64,000 nucleotides of DNA, taken from positions 2,514-66,513 of the IMG/VR virus record IMGVR_UViG_3300045944_000276; one strand, written 5' to 3'. Made by a program: the position numbers and the translations under genes. The stretch comes from a virus. Each line of letters opens with the position of its first letter. The stretch's first letter is position 1. Shown here piece by piece: positions 37,030 to 45,939 of this stretch. Under the pieces are notes generated by a model. The model saw only the letters and a list, made by a program, of their open reading frames with translations. It searched no databases and was not told the origin of the DNA.

Positions 37030-37256
37030 GTTGACTCTGGCTCATATCGACTTAGAAACGGCGTCAACCGGCCGCCGGTGCGCCGGCCCGCTTCGAGTCG
37101 CTCGCTTCCCCCCCGCCGCACTCGATCGCACTCCCGATACACTCTCGCCGCTTCCACTGCGTCACTGCGAACGACATACCACTGATAGCGGCGATCGGGA
37201 TAACGCATGACGAGGCGATAGAACCTATACGCCTTCTTTGCCCGGTCCCCTTTCAT
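37026..37256 (-). CDS. Hypothetical basic protein
   Basis: ATGA overlaps at both ends. Confidence 0.45.
   Translation of the reverse strand: MKGDRAKKAYRFYRLVMRYPDRRYQWYVVRSDAVEAARVYRECDRVRRGGSERLEAGRRTGGRLTPFLSRYEPEST
37069..37135. other. Candidate cos/packaging site, copy 2
   Basis: 63 of 67 bp identical to 3599-3665. Confidence 0.65.
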
Positions 37257-37486
37257 GCTGCGTGGTCCATCTCGATGTAGAACGTAGGCTCGATCAGGGC
37301 GGCTGCGTGCTCCCACTCAAACGTCACGTTCTGCGTTGAGAAAACCAGTGCGCGGTCGCGGTCGGTAGTCAGGCGTGCGTGCCACTGCCCGTCGCGATGC
37401 TGCTCGAAATATTCAATCCAGATGGGGACAGGGATGCGGTAGACCTTGCCACTCACTTCGAGCCCTTGTATGCGAATGCGTGTCAT
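37253..37486 (-). CDS. Hypothetical protein
   Basis: GGAG RBS, directly after the HNH gene. Confidence 0.5.
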   Translation of the reverse strand: MTRIRIQGLEVSGKVYRIPVPIWIEYFEQHRDGQWHARLTTDRDRALVFSTQNVTFEWEHAAALIEPTFYIEMDHAA

Positions 37487-37487
37487 G

Positions 37488-37835
37488 CTATCTCCACCCT
37501 GCCGGCAACCCATCGATGGCCACGGGCTGACGCTCGACATGGTTACCGCCTTTCGCGCTGTGCCGCTTCGCATCGCAACCCACGCACAGGGTTCTGATAT
37601 TCGACAGCACCAGCGCCAGGTCAGGCCGCTTGCGCCTGTGCTCGATGTGATCGACCCTGCTTGCGCCCTTCATGCGCACACTGCGCTCGCATACTGTGCA
37701 TTTCCAGTGATCACGCTCAAGCGCCTTGTAGCGCAGTTCCCGCCAAGCGCTCGAGGAATAGAAGGGATCGGTCCCCTTGCGCTCTCGCCACTGCTCGCCG
37801 AGGAGTTTCTGCACCAGACCGCGGTTTCCGCTCAT
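37488..37835 (-). CDS. Terminase-associated HNH endonuclease
   Basis: Close homologue of 4045-4338 with an extra N-terminal peptide. Confidence 0.9.
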   Translation of the reverse strand: MSGNRGLVQKLLGEQWRERKGTDPFYSSSAWRELRYKALERDHWKCTVCERSVRMKGASRVDHIEHRRKRPDLALVLSNIRTLCVGCDAKRHSAKGGNHVERQPVAIDGLPAGWR

Positions 37836-37838
37836 GGC

Positions 37839-38054
37839 TCATTCTTCTCCCGCGCGTATGCGCTCGTTTTCGCGTGCGACGAATTTCATTCCACGGATGA
37901 ATGCGAACTTTAAAACATCGAATTGCTGTTCGGTCAGCTTTCGTCGGGTTGTTTCCCATTCGCATATGGCGAGACCGATAGCCTTAATCATCCGCTCGTG
38001 AATCCGCTTATCGAACTCTTCCCTGTCTATCGCGTCCTCGTTCAGTGTGTTCAT
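37839..38054 (-). CDS. Hypothetical protein
   Basis: ATGA overlap. Lower GC insert. Confidence 0.5.
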   Translation of the reverse strand: MNTLNEDAIDREEFDKRIHERMIKAIGLAICEWETTRRKLTEQQFDVLKFAFIRGMKFVARENERIRAGEE

Positions 38055-38182
38055 GCGCGTCCTTCCCACACATCGTTGAGTAACGCCAGTTCCTCCTGCG
38101 ATGGCAGCCTGCCCGCAATTCTACGGAGCTTCCACGAGAGCCACAGATAGCGGATGTGGCGGATGAGCGGCCAGCGTTTCAT
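38051..38182 (-). CDS. Conserved small protein (MKRWPLIRHIRYLW)
   Basis: Homologue of 4335-4466. Confidence 0.75.
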   Translation of the reverse strand: MKRWPLIRHIRYLWLSWKLRRIAGRLPSQEELALLNDVWEGRA

Positions 38183-38896
38183 GTGCCGTAGTCCAGCGTA
38201 GATTGCGCGTATACGTCGCGCACGGGTTCAGGGAATAGCTTCTGCTGCCGGTAGGCGTTCTCGATCCGCTCGCAGGCGATGTCGAAATAAGGCCCATAGA
38301 TCTCGATGCCGACAAAGGGCTGTCCGGCTTGCGTAGCAGCTACGCCTGCGCCTCCGGTCCCCATGTAGGGGTCAAGCCATACCTCGTATGGTTCCAAGGC
38401 CGCCTGCGTCATGCACCACGCCATTAGGGCTATTGGCTTCTGTGTGGGATGGGTCCGAGCCTCGCCGCGCTCTGACGCCTTGAGCATGCCGTTCCAGTAG
38501 TGGCGGAAGATGCGCGCTTGGCCTGGAAGGTTTCGTCCATGCGAGTTCACAATCCGCAAACGACAGGGATGACTCGGCCTCCCGCTTGTCCCAGACGAGC
38601 CACTTATCGACGTCCGGTAGCTTGCTGCCGTAGTGGTTCGCGCCCCACAGAATTACCTTGGGAAAGTCCAGCCACGGGGAAGGGTCGAAGGGCTTCTCGT
38701 CACCGATGACTTTATGGCCAGCAAAGGCAGTTTTATACTTGCCGCCACCAATGCCTTTCACGTCTTGACCGTGGTGCGAAAACGCAATCCCATACGGCGG
38801 GTCGGTAATCACTGCATCGACCTTGCCGAGCGTCGGCAGAATCTCCAGACAGTCGCCCAGGTATAACGTCGCCTCGCCGATGCGCTCGACTCTCAC
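38179..38896 (-). pseudogene. N6/N4 DNA methyltransferase (beta class) split by a one-base frameshift
   Basis: LYLGDCLE...TDPPYG in one frame and HPTQKP...DPYMGTGG...GIE in another. The break is near 38531-38533. Confidence 0.8.
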
Positions 38897-38991
38897 GCGA
38901 GCACCCACGCCAGCACGAACGCGGAGACGATGACCACGATCGCCGCCAGGACGATGAATGGCGTGTTGTCGTCCTCGTCGTCGTGCTTCAT
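38893..38991 (-). CDS. Single-TM micro-protein
   Basis: Homologue of 4793-4888. Confidence 0.75.
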   Translation of the reverse strand: MKHDDEDDNTPFIVLAAIVVIVSAFVLAWVLA

Positions 38992-39035
38992 GTTGCGTAC
39001 TCTTTGAGCAATTCGCTGCCTCTTAGCCAACACAT

Positions 39036-39150
39036 ACCCTAACCAACCCTAACGTCCCTAACAGTTAGGGTAGTTGTGTGTACATACTCAAAAGGGGCCG
39101 TTTTAGGGCTATTTTCGTTAGGGTCGGTATACCCTAACCGTTAGGGTCGG
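39036..39150. repeat. Iteron cluster, probable replication origin 2
   Basis: About eight CCCTAA(C)/(G)TTAGGG copies in both orientations, just downstream of the prim-pol gene. Confidence 0.65.
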
Positions 39151-39205
39151 AAGGCTGACGCATCAAAGGTCCCACCTTACGAATCCGTCGGGTTGAGGCT
39201 CCGGT

Positions 39206-40897
39206 TTAGTCTCCGTTCGGGTAGTACTTGCCGGCGTAGACGCGCATTGCGCCCTTGCCGACGATTGCCTGCAGCGCCTCATGCGCAGCCGGCTTGCTGA
39301 TGACGCGCAGCTTGGCGAGCGTGGTGGGCGTCAAGAACCCCTCGTCCCTGGCCGACTGTACGATGGCCTGCTGTGTGTGGGTGAGCGAGACGCCCTCTGA
39401 GAGCCCGACCTGGCGCCAGCCTTCCTGCGCCACGAACTCCCACAGGAAGTCGTGGTCCCACGAGGCCCAGTCCCGGCCGTCGACGTGGGCGATCCATTGA
39501 TCCTTGTCGCTGCCCTTTCGCAGAATGATGTAGGCATCCGCAGCCCCGGCGATGGCGAAGGTGCCGTTCAGGGCCTCGACCGGGTCCTCCACCACGCCCT
39601 TGCGCACATGGTGCACGACCAGCAGTGTCATGCCGTCATGGCGTTGGGTGACGCCATGCAATAGCCCCATCGTCTGGTAGTCCCCGTCATAGGCCGATAC
39701 CTTTGGGTCGCGCGCGCCGCGGAAGCGCTGCAAGACATCCACGATGACGAGGCCGGTGTCCGGGTATTGGTCCATCCAGCGGTTTAACTTTTCCACGCCC
39801 TCGAGTCCGCTGGGCCACTCATACACCAGGTGCAGGTTATCGGGCGCCTGCCCAGGTTGCAGCCCAAAGAACTCGAGCCGTTGCCGCATGCGCCGGTCGT
39901 TGTCTTCGAGCGCAATGTACAGCACGCGGCATGGCGGTACCATCATGTGCATGAACCTACCGCCAGCCGCTTTCGCAATGGCGAGCTGCAGCGCATACCA
40001 GGATTTTCTCGCCTTGGGCCTGCCGCCGATGATGACGAGACCGCACGGGACTCTACCCTCGACACAGTACTTTGCCGGGGTAACCGGCGCCGCCATGATC
40101 GTGCTCGCCGTACGGACTGCGGCGAACTCATCGGCCGGCAGCTCGTAGCGCCCGATCGATTTCGCGATATTGGCAACCTCGCGCTCGGCGAGCGGCGGGC
40201 TGCACCGTTCCAGGTTAATTTTCTGCAGCGCCGCCTCGATCACCGCAGCGCTCTGCCCCGTACGCCGAAGCTTGCCCGCCTCCCGGGACAGGAAATCGTT
40301 GCGGCGCCCCTCGACTACGCCACCCGCTGCGTCAGGGGTGTCTTTCTTCGGACGCCCGGCGCCGAATGCCCGGTCAGTGAGCCACTTGGGTGCCACGCTG
40401 ATCTGCGGCACGCCATCGGTGAGCGGGTCCCAGTCCTGGAACGAATAGCCCGAGCCGTTGACGCGCGAGCCCTCAACGCAGACATAGCCGCCATGGCCGC
40501 GAACATCGATCCCCGGCCCGACCTTGCCGGCACTGTTGCGCGCATCTGGCGATGGGTGGAAGTAGTAGTGAACGCCACCCGATGGCGTCTTTGCCGTCAG
40601 CGTTTCAGGGATCTCGCCGTGCGCATCCTCGAGCGCCGCGAGCGCCTCGTGGCCGCCGTGACGCGGATCGATGTCGAGCACCCAGAAATGGGCCCCGCAA
40701 GGCACGCCGATATTGGCGCGCGGGTTCTCACGCCACAGCTTCTGGATCATCTCCCCATCCGTCGTCGCTGCGTGAAGTCCCCGCTCCACCAAGGGTCGCT
40801 TGTCGTTCTCGCGGCATGGGAATACTGACCAACCCAGGGCGGCGTATCTCAGGGCGAACTGCACCGGGGTCGTCGTCAGTTTCTCCGCCGTGCTCAT
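39206..40897 (-). CDS. Bifunctional prim-pol + PriCT + AAA_25 (RepA-like) helicase
   Basis: ANIG...VLDID, TPSGGVHYYF, GIDVRG.GGYV; EGRRND...CSPPL; GRPKARKS, LVIVD, VVHH. Confidence 0.92.
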   Translation of the reverse strand: MSTAEKLTTTPVQFALRYAALGWSVFPCRENDKRPLVERGLHAATTDGEMIQKLWRENPRANIGVPCGAHFWVLDIDPRHGGHEALAALEDAHGEIPETLTAKTPSGGVHYYFHPSPDARNSAGKVGPGIDVRGHGGYVCVEGSRVNGSGYSFQDWDPLTDGVPQISVAPKWLTDRAFGAGRPKKDTPDAAGGVVEGRRNDFLSREAGKLRRTGQSAAVIEAALQKINLERCSPPLAEREVANIAKSIGRYELPADEFAAVRTASTIMAAPVTPAKYCVEGRVPCGLVIIGGRPKARKSWYALQLAIAKAAGGRFMHMMVPPCRVLYIALEDNDRRMRQRLEFFGLQPGQAPDNLHLVYEWPSGLEGVEKLNRWMDQYPDTGLVIVDVLQRFRGARDPKVSAYDGDYQTMGLLHGVTQRHDGMTLLVVHHVRKGVVEDPVEALNGTFAIAGAADAYIILRKGSDKDQWIAHVDGRDWASWDHDFLWEFVAQEGWRQVGLSEGVSLTHTQQAIVQSARDEGFLTPTTLAKLRVISKPAAHEALQAIVGKGAMRVYAGKYYPNGD

Positions 40898-41381
40898 CCT
40901 CGTGTTCCCCCAGTACGCCCGCGGCATAGGCAACCGCAGCGTGTAGCAGTATGGAAAGGTCCAGGAGTCTCTCCGAATTGCCGATCTTGTGCGCGAAGTC
41001 GTTGCAGGCGTGGCAGCTCGGGACGATGTTCGCTGGGTGATTGCGGATATCCGGCAGACTGTGCAGTGTGTGATAGGGGACTATGTGGCCGTCCACGAGC
41101 TCCTCGCCATAGTCCTTGAGCGCATGCGCACTGATGCCGCACCACGCGCAGCGATGGCCCCAGCGCGCAAGCATCTCGCTTCGCGAGACCGATCCCTTGC
41201 GCCGGCGTTCAGTCCTGGAAAGGCCCAGTTCGAAGCGGCTGAACCAGCGCTTTTCCTTCAGGCAGTCGCGGCACTTGCCGCCGATATTGGGGCCGACCTG
41301 GAAGAAGTTGCAGAACGTGGTGCAGCCGCACGCGCAGGGCTTGGTCGGGACGACTGCGAATTCTGGTAACTCGACGTCCAT
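40728..41381 (-). CDS. Zinc-finger plus HNH endonuclease
   Basis: CACGC...CRDC, then CAWCG...GHIVP...NIVPSCHACN. The 3' end is uncertain because it overlaps prim-pol by 170 nt. Confidence 0.7.
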   Translation of the reverse strand: MDVELPEFAVVPTKPCACGCTTFCNFFQVGPNIGGKCRDCLKEKRWFSRFELGLSRTERRRKGSVSRSEMLARWGHRCAWCGISAHALKDYGEELVDGHIVPYHTLHSLPDIRNHPANIVPSCHACNDFAHKIGNSERLLDLSILLHAAVAYAAGVLGEHEDEHGGETDDDPGAVRPEIRRPGLVSIPMPRERQATLGGAGTSRSDDGWGDDPEAVA

Positions 41382-41777
41382 CTAACCCTCCACGATCTTG
41401 AGCGCATCCGCGATCGATCTCGCCACGCCCGAGACGCCGCCATTTGCCCGGACCTTCGCGATAAAGAACTCCTGGTCATCCGTAAGACGGCCCTTCGCAG
41501 CCTTGACCTCAAGAGCGAGGAAGCGGCCGTCGACCATCTGACCCAAAATATCCGAGCAGCCGGCGAACCCGAAGCGCACGAACTGGCCCCGCGCGTCCTT
41601 GAAACCTCCAGTGTTGAACCGCGCGCACCAGGCCACGTTCGGGTGATAGCTCAGCACCTTCAACACGGCATTCAACACGCCCTGCTCCTCGTGCCGGTTG
41701 AATCGCTTCGGCACGACCGGCGCCGGATCGGCCCGGAAGAGGCAGGCCTGCCAGCGCTGGTGCAGCGTTGGCCTCAT
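41382..41777 (-). CDS. VRR-NUC domain nuclease
   Basis: GCSDILG...LEVKAAKGRLTDDQ. Homologue of 6744-7190. Confidence 0.85.
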   Translation of the reverse strand: MRPTLHQRWQACLFRADPAPVVPKRFNRHEEQGVLNAVLKVLSYHPNVAWCARFNTGGFKDARGQFVRFGFAGCSDILGQMVDGRFLALEVKAAKGRLTDDQEFFIAKVRANGGVSGVARSIADALKIVEG

Positions 41778-41974
41778 GCCGCCTTCCGCCGCGCCTGCCG
41801 GCACATCACGCACCGACTCTGCCCATTGGCATCGACCCAGGTGTTGTACGCCCTGGCGTGCCCGCAGCCGAATGTGTCGATCACGATGACGCGTACCGGT
41901 CGCTTGCCGGCCAGGCGGTCGAGGAGCTCGCGATGCAGACGCTCACGGGTCCGGAGCTGACGGCTCATTACCAC
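41774..41974 (-). CDS. Conserved small Cys protein
   Basis: Homologue of 7390-7578. Confidence 0.75.
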   Translation of the reverse strand: MVMSRQLRTRERLHRELLDRLAGKRPVRVIVIDTFGCGHARAYNTWVDANGQSRCVMCRQARRKAA

Positions 41975-41977
41975 TAC

Positions 41978-42181
41978 CTATCGCTTGCTACCGGAAGTTG
42001 TCGCGCGCGATAGCCGCTCAGCCAATATCTTGATTGCATGAGCCTTGCCCAGCAGAACTTCGGTCAGCATTTCTCGAGCAACCTCGCCCATGTCCTTGTC
42101 GCTCGCATCCGCAACGATGCGCAGTGCCTCATAGGCATCGGTAGAGAGGCGTACTTGAACGGGCTTGAGCTCGAGGCTCAT
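41978..42181 (-). CDS. Ribbon-helix-helix-like regulator in the cII position
   Basis: MSLELKPVQVRLSTDAYEAL. ATGA overlap with cro. Confidence 0.65.
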   Translation of the reverse strand: MSLELKPVQVRLSTDAYEALRIVADASDKDMGEVAREMLTEVLLGKAHAIKILAERLSRATTSGSKR

Positions 42182-42375
42182 GCGCAGGCCCTGTCCGTAT
42201 CCAGTGCCGTCGTGTCGGCCCGCAGGCGCCCTCTGGTTCGCCGCTGGATGTCGAGTTGCCGTAGAGGTGGAATACCGCGTTTTTTCCATTCCGAGATGGA
42301 CGGTTGCTTGAGGCCGAGGGACCGCGCGGCTTCCGCCTGACTGCCGAAATGGTCGATTAATTCATCGTAGGTCAT
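42178..42375 (-). CDS. cro: Cro-like regulator
   Basis: LIDHFGSQAEAARSLGLKQPSISEW..RGIP..RQ..IQ..T.G.L.A. Confidence 0.88.
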   Translation of the reverse strand: MTYDELIDHFGSQAEAARSLGLKQPSISEWKKRGIPPLRQLDIQRRTRGRLRADTTALDTDRACA

Positions 42376-42383
42376 GGTCGTCC

Positions 42384-42451
42384 ATTATAGGTCGACCTAA
42401 CGACCGGTCAAGATGATGCTTAGTCCTGCCTATTGCCACTGGCAGGATAAT
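42384..42451. promoter_or_regulatory. Immunity switch: PR-like promoter and operators
   Basis: Minus-strand TTGACC-16-TATAAT. Operators ATAGGtcgaCCTAA (42387) and TTAGTcctgCCTAT (42420). GATAAT lies 6 nt before the cI ATG, suggesting a leaderless transcript. Confidence 0.7.
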
Positions 42452-42457
42452 GGTCCT

Positions 42458-42796
42458 ATGCTTCTACCTTACGATCCCACGGCCATCGTGCGCCTGCGCG
42501 AGGCCAAGCAATGGAGCCAGGCCGAGCTCGCCCGACGTTCCGGGCTATCACAGCCCAGTGTCCACGACTTGGAAAAAGGCAATACAAAAATGCCCAAGTA
42601 CACGACCCTGAAGGCCATTGCCGACGCTCTAGGCGTGCCGATGACTGAGATCCTCGCTCGGCGCCCCAAAGGCGAATCAGCGCAGGCCCTCGAGCACTCC
42701 TTGCGCGAGACCTTCGGCGCGCTATCCCAGGACAACAAGGCGAATCTTTACGCCATAGCCCTCTCGCTATTGGCGCAGCAAAAGTCCCGCAAGTAA
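42458..42796 (+). CDS. Short XRE repressor without a peptidase domain
   Basis: LREAKQWSQAELARRSGLSQPSVHDLEKG...P...TL..IADALGV. Divergent from cro. Confidence 0.85.
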   Translation: MLLPYDPTAIVRLREAKQWSQAELARRSGLSQPSVHDLEKGNTKMPKYTTLKAIADALGVPMTEILARRPKGESAQALEHSLRETFGALSQDNKANLYAIALSLLAQQKSRK

Positions 42797-42842
42797 CCCT
42801 GGGTTTTCCCTACAGCGTGGACGCTTCCTGCCCTGGATATTA

Positions 42843-42884
42843 ATAGGCTCGCCTATTGACAATGGTCTTAGGGCCACCTATAGT
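42843..42884 (+). promoter_or_regulatory. PL-like promoter with two operators
   Basis: TTGACA (42856)-17-TATAGT (42879), overlapped by ATAGGctcgCCTAT and TTAGGgccaCCTAT. Confidence 0.8.
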
Positions 42885-42946
42885 TGCGCCAGGGCATCAC
42901 GCCCGACGCGTGCTCGACGCTATTCGAGATCAACGATGAGGGATTT

Positions 42947-43945
42947 ATGGACAGTAGTAACAAGGTAGTGAGCATCAAAGAGAACGTCGCCGATCAGGTT
43001 CTTGCCGAGATCCGCGCCGTGGCCGAGAAGGCGCCCGCGGAAGACAAGAAGCTGGCGGCTGACATCATGGCGAAGGCGAAGACCGGCAAGAAGGAAACAG
43101 AGATCCTGACGCTTACCCCGGGGGCGAGCGCCATCCTGTTTCTGGGCAGCAACATCCACAACCGGGAGTGGCGCCCGGAGCTTTCCCGCGAATACGCCCG
43201 GCGGATGACCGCAGGCCAGTGGCAGTTCAACAACGCGACGATCGGCTTCTACGGCGACGGCGCGCTGGAAGACGGCCAGCACCGGCTGGGCGGTTCCGCG
43301 ATCGCCTCCTACGCGCTCTCGAACGTGGTGGTGTACGGCATCTCCCGTACCGCGATTGCCACCGTGGACGATGTCAAGGTCCGGCACGCTTCCGACGCGG
43401 TCACGCTCGAAGGCGTCACGGAAGCGAAGGCGAAGCAGACCATCATCCGGCTCGCTTCTTCCTATCTCGTCAAGACGGGCGACAAGTCGGCCGCGCTCAA
43501 GTCGGAAGTGGACGTGGCCGTCGCGATCAGGAGCAACAACAACCTGCTCGATCTCGCCATGTCCGTCGGCGAGGGCTCGCGGCAGGGAATCGCCGATCCG
43601 GTGCTGAAGGCCACCCAGGCCCACACCGTTTCGTACCTGATGCTGACGGGCGGATGGTCCGAGCAGCGCGTGCGCGAGAAGCTCGCGCTCTTCCAGACCG
43701 GCGTATCGGCTGATGGCGAGAAGACGCCCTACTTCGTCGCGGCCGAGATCATCAAGAACGCGCGGAACCGCTGGCAGGCGCGGGAGCGTCTGAGCTCTCT
43801 CAAGGAGCTCGGTGTCGTGGTGAGCGCGATGCTCGCCGCGGAGCGGGGTACCAAGGCGATGAGCGCCAGCACCCTGAAAACAGCAGTCAAGAAAGAGCTT
43901 CCGAAGCCTGGCTATCCGGCCGAACTGACTTCGGAAGCGGCGTAA
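42947..43945 (+). CDS. ParB N-terminal-like (DGQHR motif) protein
   Basis: N..NR...YARRM..GQW..N...IGF...LEDGQHRL. Confidence 0.7.
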   Translation: MDSSNKVVSIKENVADQVLAEIRAVAEKAPAEDKKLAADIMAKAKTGKKETEILTLTPGASAILFLGSNIHNREWRPELSREYARRMTAGQWQFNNATIGFYGDGALEDGQHRLGGSAIASYALSNVVVYGISRTAIATVDDVKVRHASDAVTLEGVTEAKAKQTIIRLASSYLVKTGDKSAALKSEVDVAVAIRSNNNLLDLAMSVGEGSRQGIADPVLKATQAHTVSYLMLTGGWSEQRVREKLALFQTGVSADGEKTPYFVAAEIIKNARNRWQARERLSSLKELGVVVSAMLAAERGTKAMSASTLKTAVKKELPKPGYPAELTSEAA

Positions 43946-43958
43946 GGCAGCACCCTAT

Positions 43959-43987
43959 GGGCGGGACTGCAGCCCGCCCGTTTTTTT
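43959..43987 (+). terminator. Intrinsic terminator
   Basis: gggcggg-actgcag-cccgccc followed by T7. Confidence 0.7.
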
Positions 43988-44000
43988 CGAGGATATCACA

Positions 44001-45248
44001 GTGACAGACACCACCAACGTCGTACCGATGCCCACCCCGATGAACGTGCTCGCGGATCGCATCCGTTCGGCATACGAGCGCACCGTGCACGGTCACCAGG
44101 AGTGGATAGAGGGAACACTGGAGCTCGCCGTCGCGCTCGCCGAAGCGAGGGAGCGGTTCCCCGCTGACCGCGACTTCTCCGTCTGGCTCGCGCAGAACGA
44201 TCTCGACAGGCTTGGCGCCAATGATCGCGCGTCACTCATCAACATGGCAGAGCGTCCTGACTTGCTTCGGGAAGTACTCATCGAACAGCAGGACAAGCTG
44301 CAACCAGATTCACTCTGGCGCAAACACAAAGAGAGGTTTGGGAAGCTTCCCAAACCGGACGTCGTTTCCGAAAACGCTGAGATTTCTCCCGCAGAGCCGG
44401 CGCCGGAGCAAAAACCTTCCGCGGAAAGTGCGCCAACGAACAACCAGGATCAGTCAGTCACGATCAGGCACAACAGTCCGTTCTACGGTTTTCTGAGAGC
44501 GGACGAAGTATTCGCCATGTACGACAACACGCACGGACGAACCACAATCGGCAAGGCAATCCGCGAACGCGGAGGTAAGGATCTGTGGTCCCTGATTCTG
44601 CAGGCGCTCGACGAGAAGCTCCTCACTCGCAACAGCATCGACTTTCGGACCCTCCCGCTTCGCGTTCTGTTCCCGTGGGGACCGAAGGCCTATTGCGCCC
44701 GCTTCGATCTTTCGACCGCGAAGACCAGACAGCACGTGCGCGAGCACATCATGCCGGCAGTGGTAGCCCATCGCGAGGAGCTCCTGGCCGCGCCGGAAAC
44801 GTTGGAAGCCGTGGTGTCCCGGTACTGGAAGCAGAAGGAGGACGCCAAACGCAAGGCGAGCGAAGAGAAGAAGGCGACCGATGCACTGAGCGCGATGCCG
44901 GCCGATCAGCAGGAGATCGTGGTGTACGGCGTGCGCGTGTGGCCCCTCACCGACTTCCGGCTAGGCAGCTACGACTACTACCAGATCTGCACCGCCGTCT
45001 GGTACTTCCGCGACCTCGACAATCTGCTGCAGACCCGCAACGACAACAGTCCCGGGTCGCGCGCGATCCTGATCCGGTTCTCGACGAAGTGGCTTGAACT
45101 CTACCTGAAGCGCACGCACGAACCGGCGGAACGCGTCAGGCTGCAGCGGGTATATCAGGTGATCAACATGCTGGCCGGCCTTCTTGAGAAGAACCCGGAC
45201 GCAGAATGCATGATCCCTTCAGTTCCTATGGTCGAAGGACAGTGGTAA
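44001..45248 (+). CDS. Hypothetical protein with DUF3102-like N-terminus
   Basis: GAGG RBS. LADRIR...LELAVALAEARE...FSVWL. Confidence 0.65.
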   Translation: MTDTTNVVPMPTPMNVLADRIRSAYERTVHGHQEWIEGTLELAVALAEARERFPADRDFSVWLAQNDLDRLGANDRASLINMAERPDLLREVLIEQQDKLQPDSLWRKHKERFGKLPKPDVVSENAEISPAEPAPEQKPSAESAPTNNQDQSVTIRHNSPFYGFLRADEVFAMYDNTHGRTTIGKAIRERGGKDLWSLILQALDEKLLTRNSIDFRTLPLRVLFPWGPKAYCARFDLSTAKTRQHVREHIMPAVVAHREELLAAPETLEAVVSRYWKQKEDAKRKASEEKKATDALSAMPADQQEIVVYGVRVWPLTDFRLGSYDYYQICTAVWYFRDLDNLLQTRNDNSPGSRAILIRFSTKWLELYLKRTHEPAERVRLQRVYQVINMLAGLLEKNPDAECMIPSVPMVEGQW

Positions 45249-45253
45249 AGGCG

Positions 45254-45406
45254 ATGACCAATTACCCTTCCTGGCCGCTCATCGTGATCTACCTCGTGCT
45301 GATCCTCGGCGCCTTCGGCGCCGCCGGCGCCATCGACCTGGCCGAAGAGGAGCGGCTTTCCGTACGCAACTACGTGGCCGAACGCCTCGCAAAGGAGTGC
45401 CCATGA
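45254..45406 (+). CDS. Single-TM small protein
   Basis: Homologue of 9539-9676. Confidence 0.65.
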   Translation: MTNYPSWPLIVIYLVLILGAFGAAGAIDLAEEERLSVRNYVAERLAKECP

Positions 45407-45939
45407 AACGCAACCGTAACCTTGTTCAGAAACTAAAGGATCAGCGCAGCCGGCGCCCGGCGCCGGACACCCTCGTGAGAATCAAAGACGTCACCGATGA
45501 GGTGCTGCCTAAGCAGCGACGCCGGAGCCCGGCCAAGAGCGACACGGAAAAAGCTGAGGCGCATGAACGACGACTTGCCGCGAGTAGAGAATACAAGCGG
45601 AAGCATCGCGACGAGGTTCTCGCGTGGCAGAAAGCCCACAACGCGGCGATTCTCGCCGACCCGGAAAAGCATGCAAAGAGGTTGCAGCAGGATCGGGACT
45701 CCGCGAAGCGCAATTACGAGAAGCGACGCACTTACGACAAGGCGCGGGACAAGACGAAAGTGCTGGCCCGCAATCTGGTGCGAACCCATATCGCACGCGG
45801 GAAATTGCACCGGCAACCGTGCGAAGTATGCGGTGCGCTCGCCCACGCACATCACGAAGACTATTCGCGACCGCTTGAGGTGCGGTGGCTTTGTGCTGTT
45901 CACCATGCGAAGGAGCATCGCCATGTCGAAAACGCCTAG
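45403..45939 (+). CDS. Chimeric protein: early-gene N-terminus fused to an HNH-like domain
   Basis: CEVCG...AHHEDYSRPLEVRWLCAVHH at the C-terminus. Confidence 0.7.
   Translation: MKRNRNLVQKLKDQRSRRPAPDTLVRIKDVTDEVLPKQRRRSPAKSDTEKAEAHERRLAASREYKRKHRDEVLAWQKAHNAAILADPEKHAKRLQQDRDSAKRNYEKRRTYDKARDKTKVLARNLVRTHIARGKLHRQPCEVCGALAHAHHEDYSRPLEVRWLCAVHHAKEHRHVENA

Larger units (their letters stand above)
3599..37135. mobile_element. Apparently complete temperate siphophage genome (33.5 kb, cos-like site to cos-like site)
   Basis: One copy each of the replication, immunity, recombination, integrase/attP, tail, head and terminase modules. Confidence 0.75.

Noticed and set aside
39036-39150. TTAGGG/CCCTAA telomere-like hexamers
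   Set aside because: They are non-tandem, in both orientations and just downstream of a prim-pol gene. Origin iterons explain them better.
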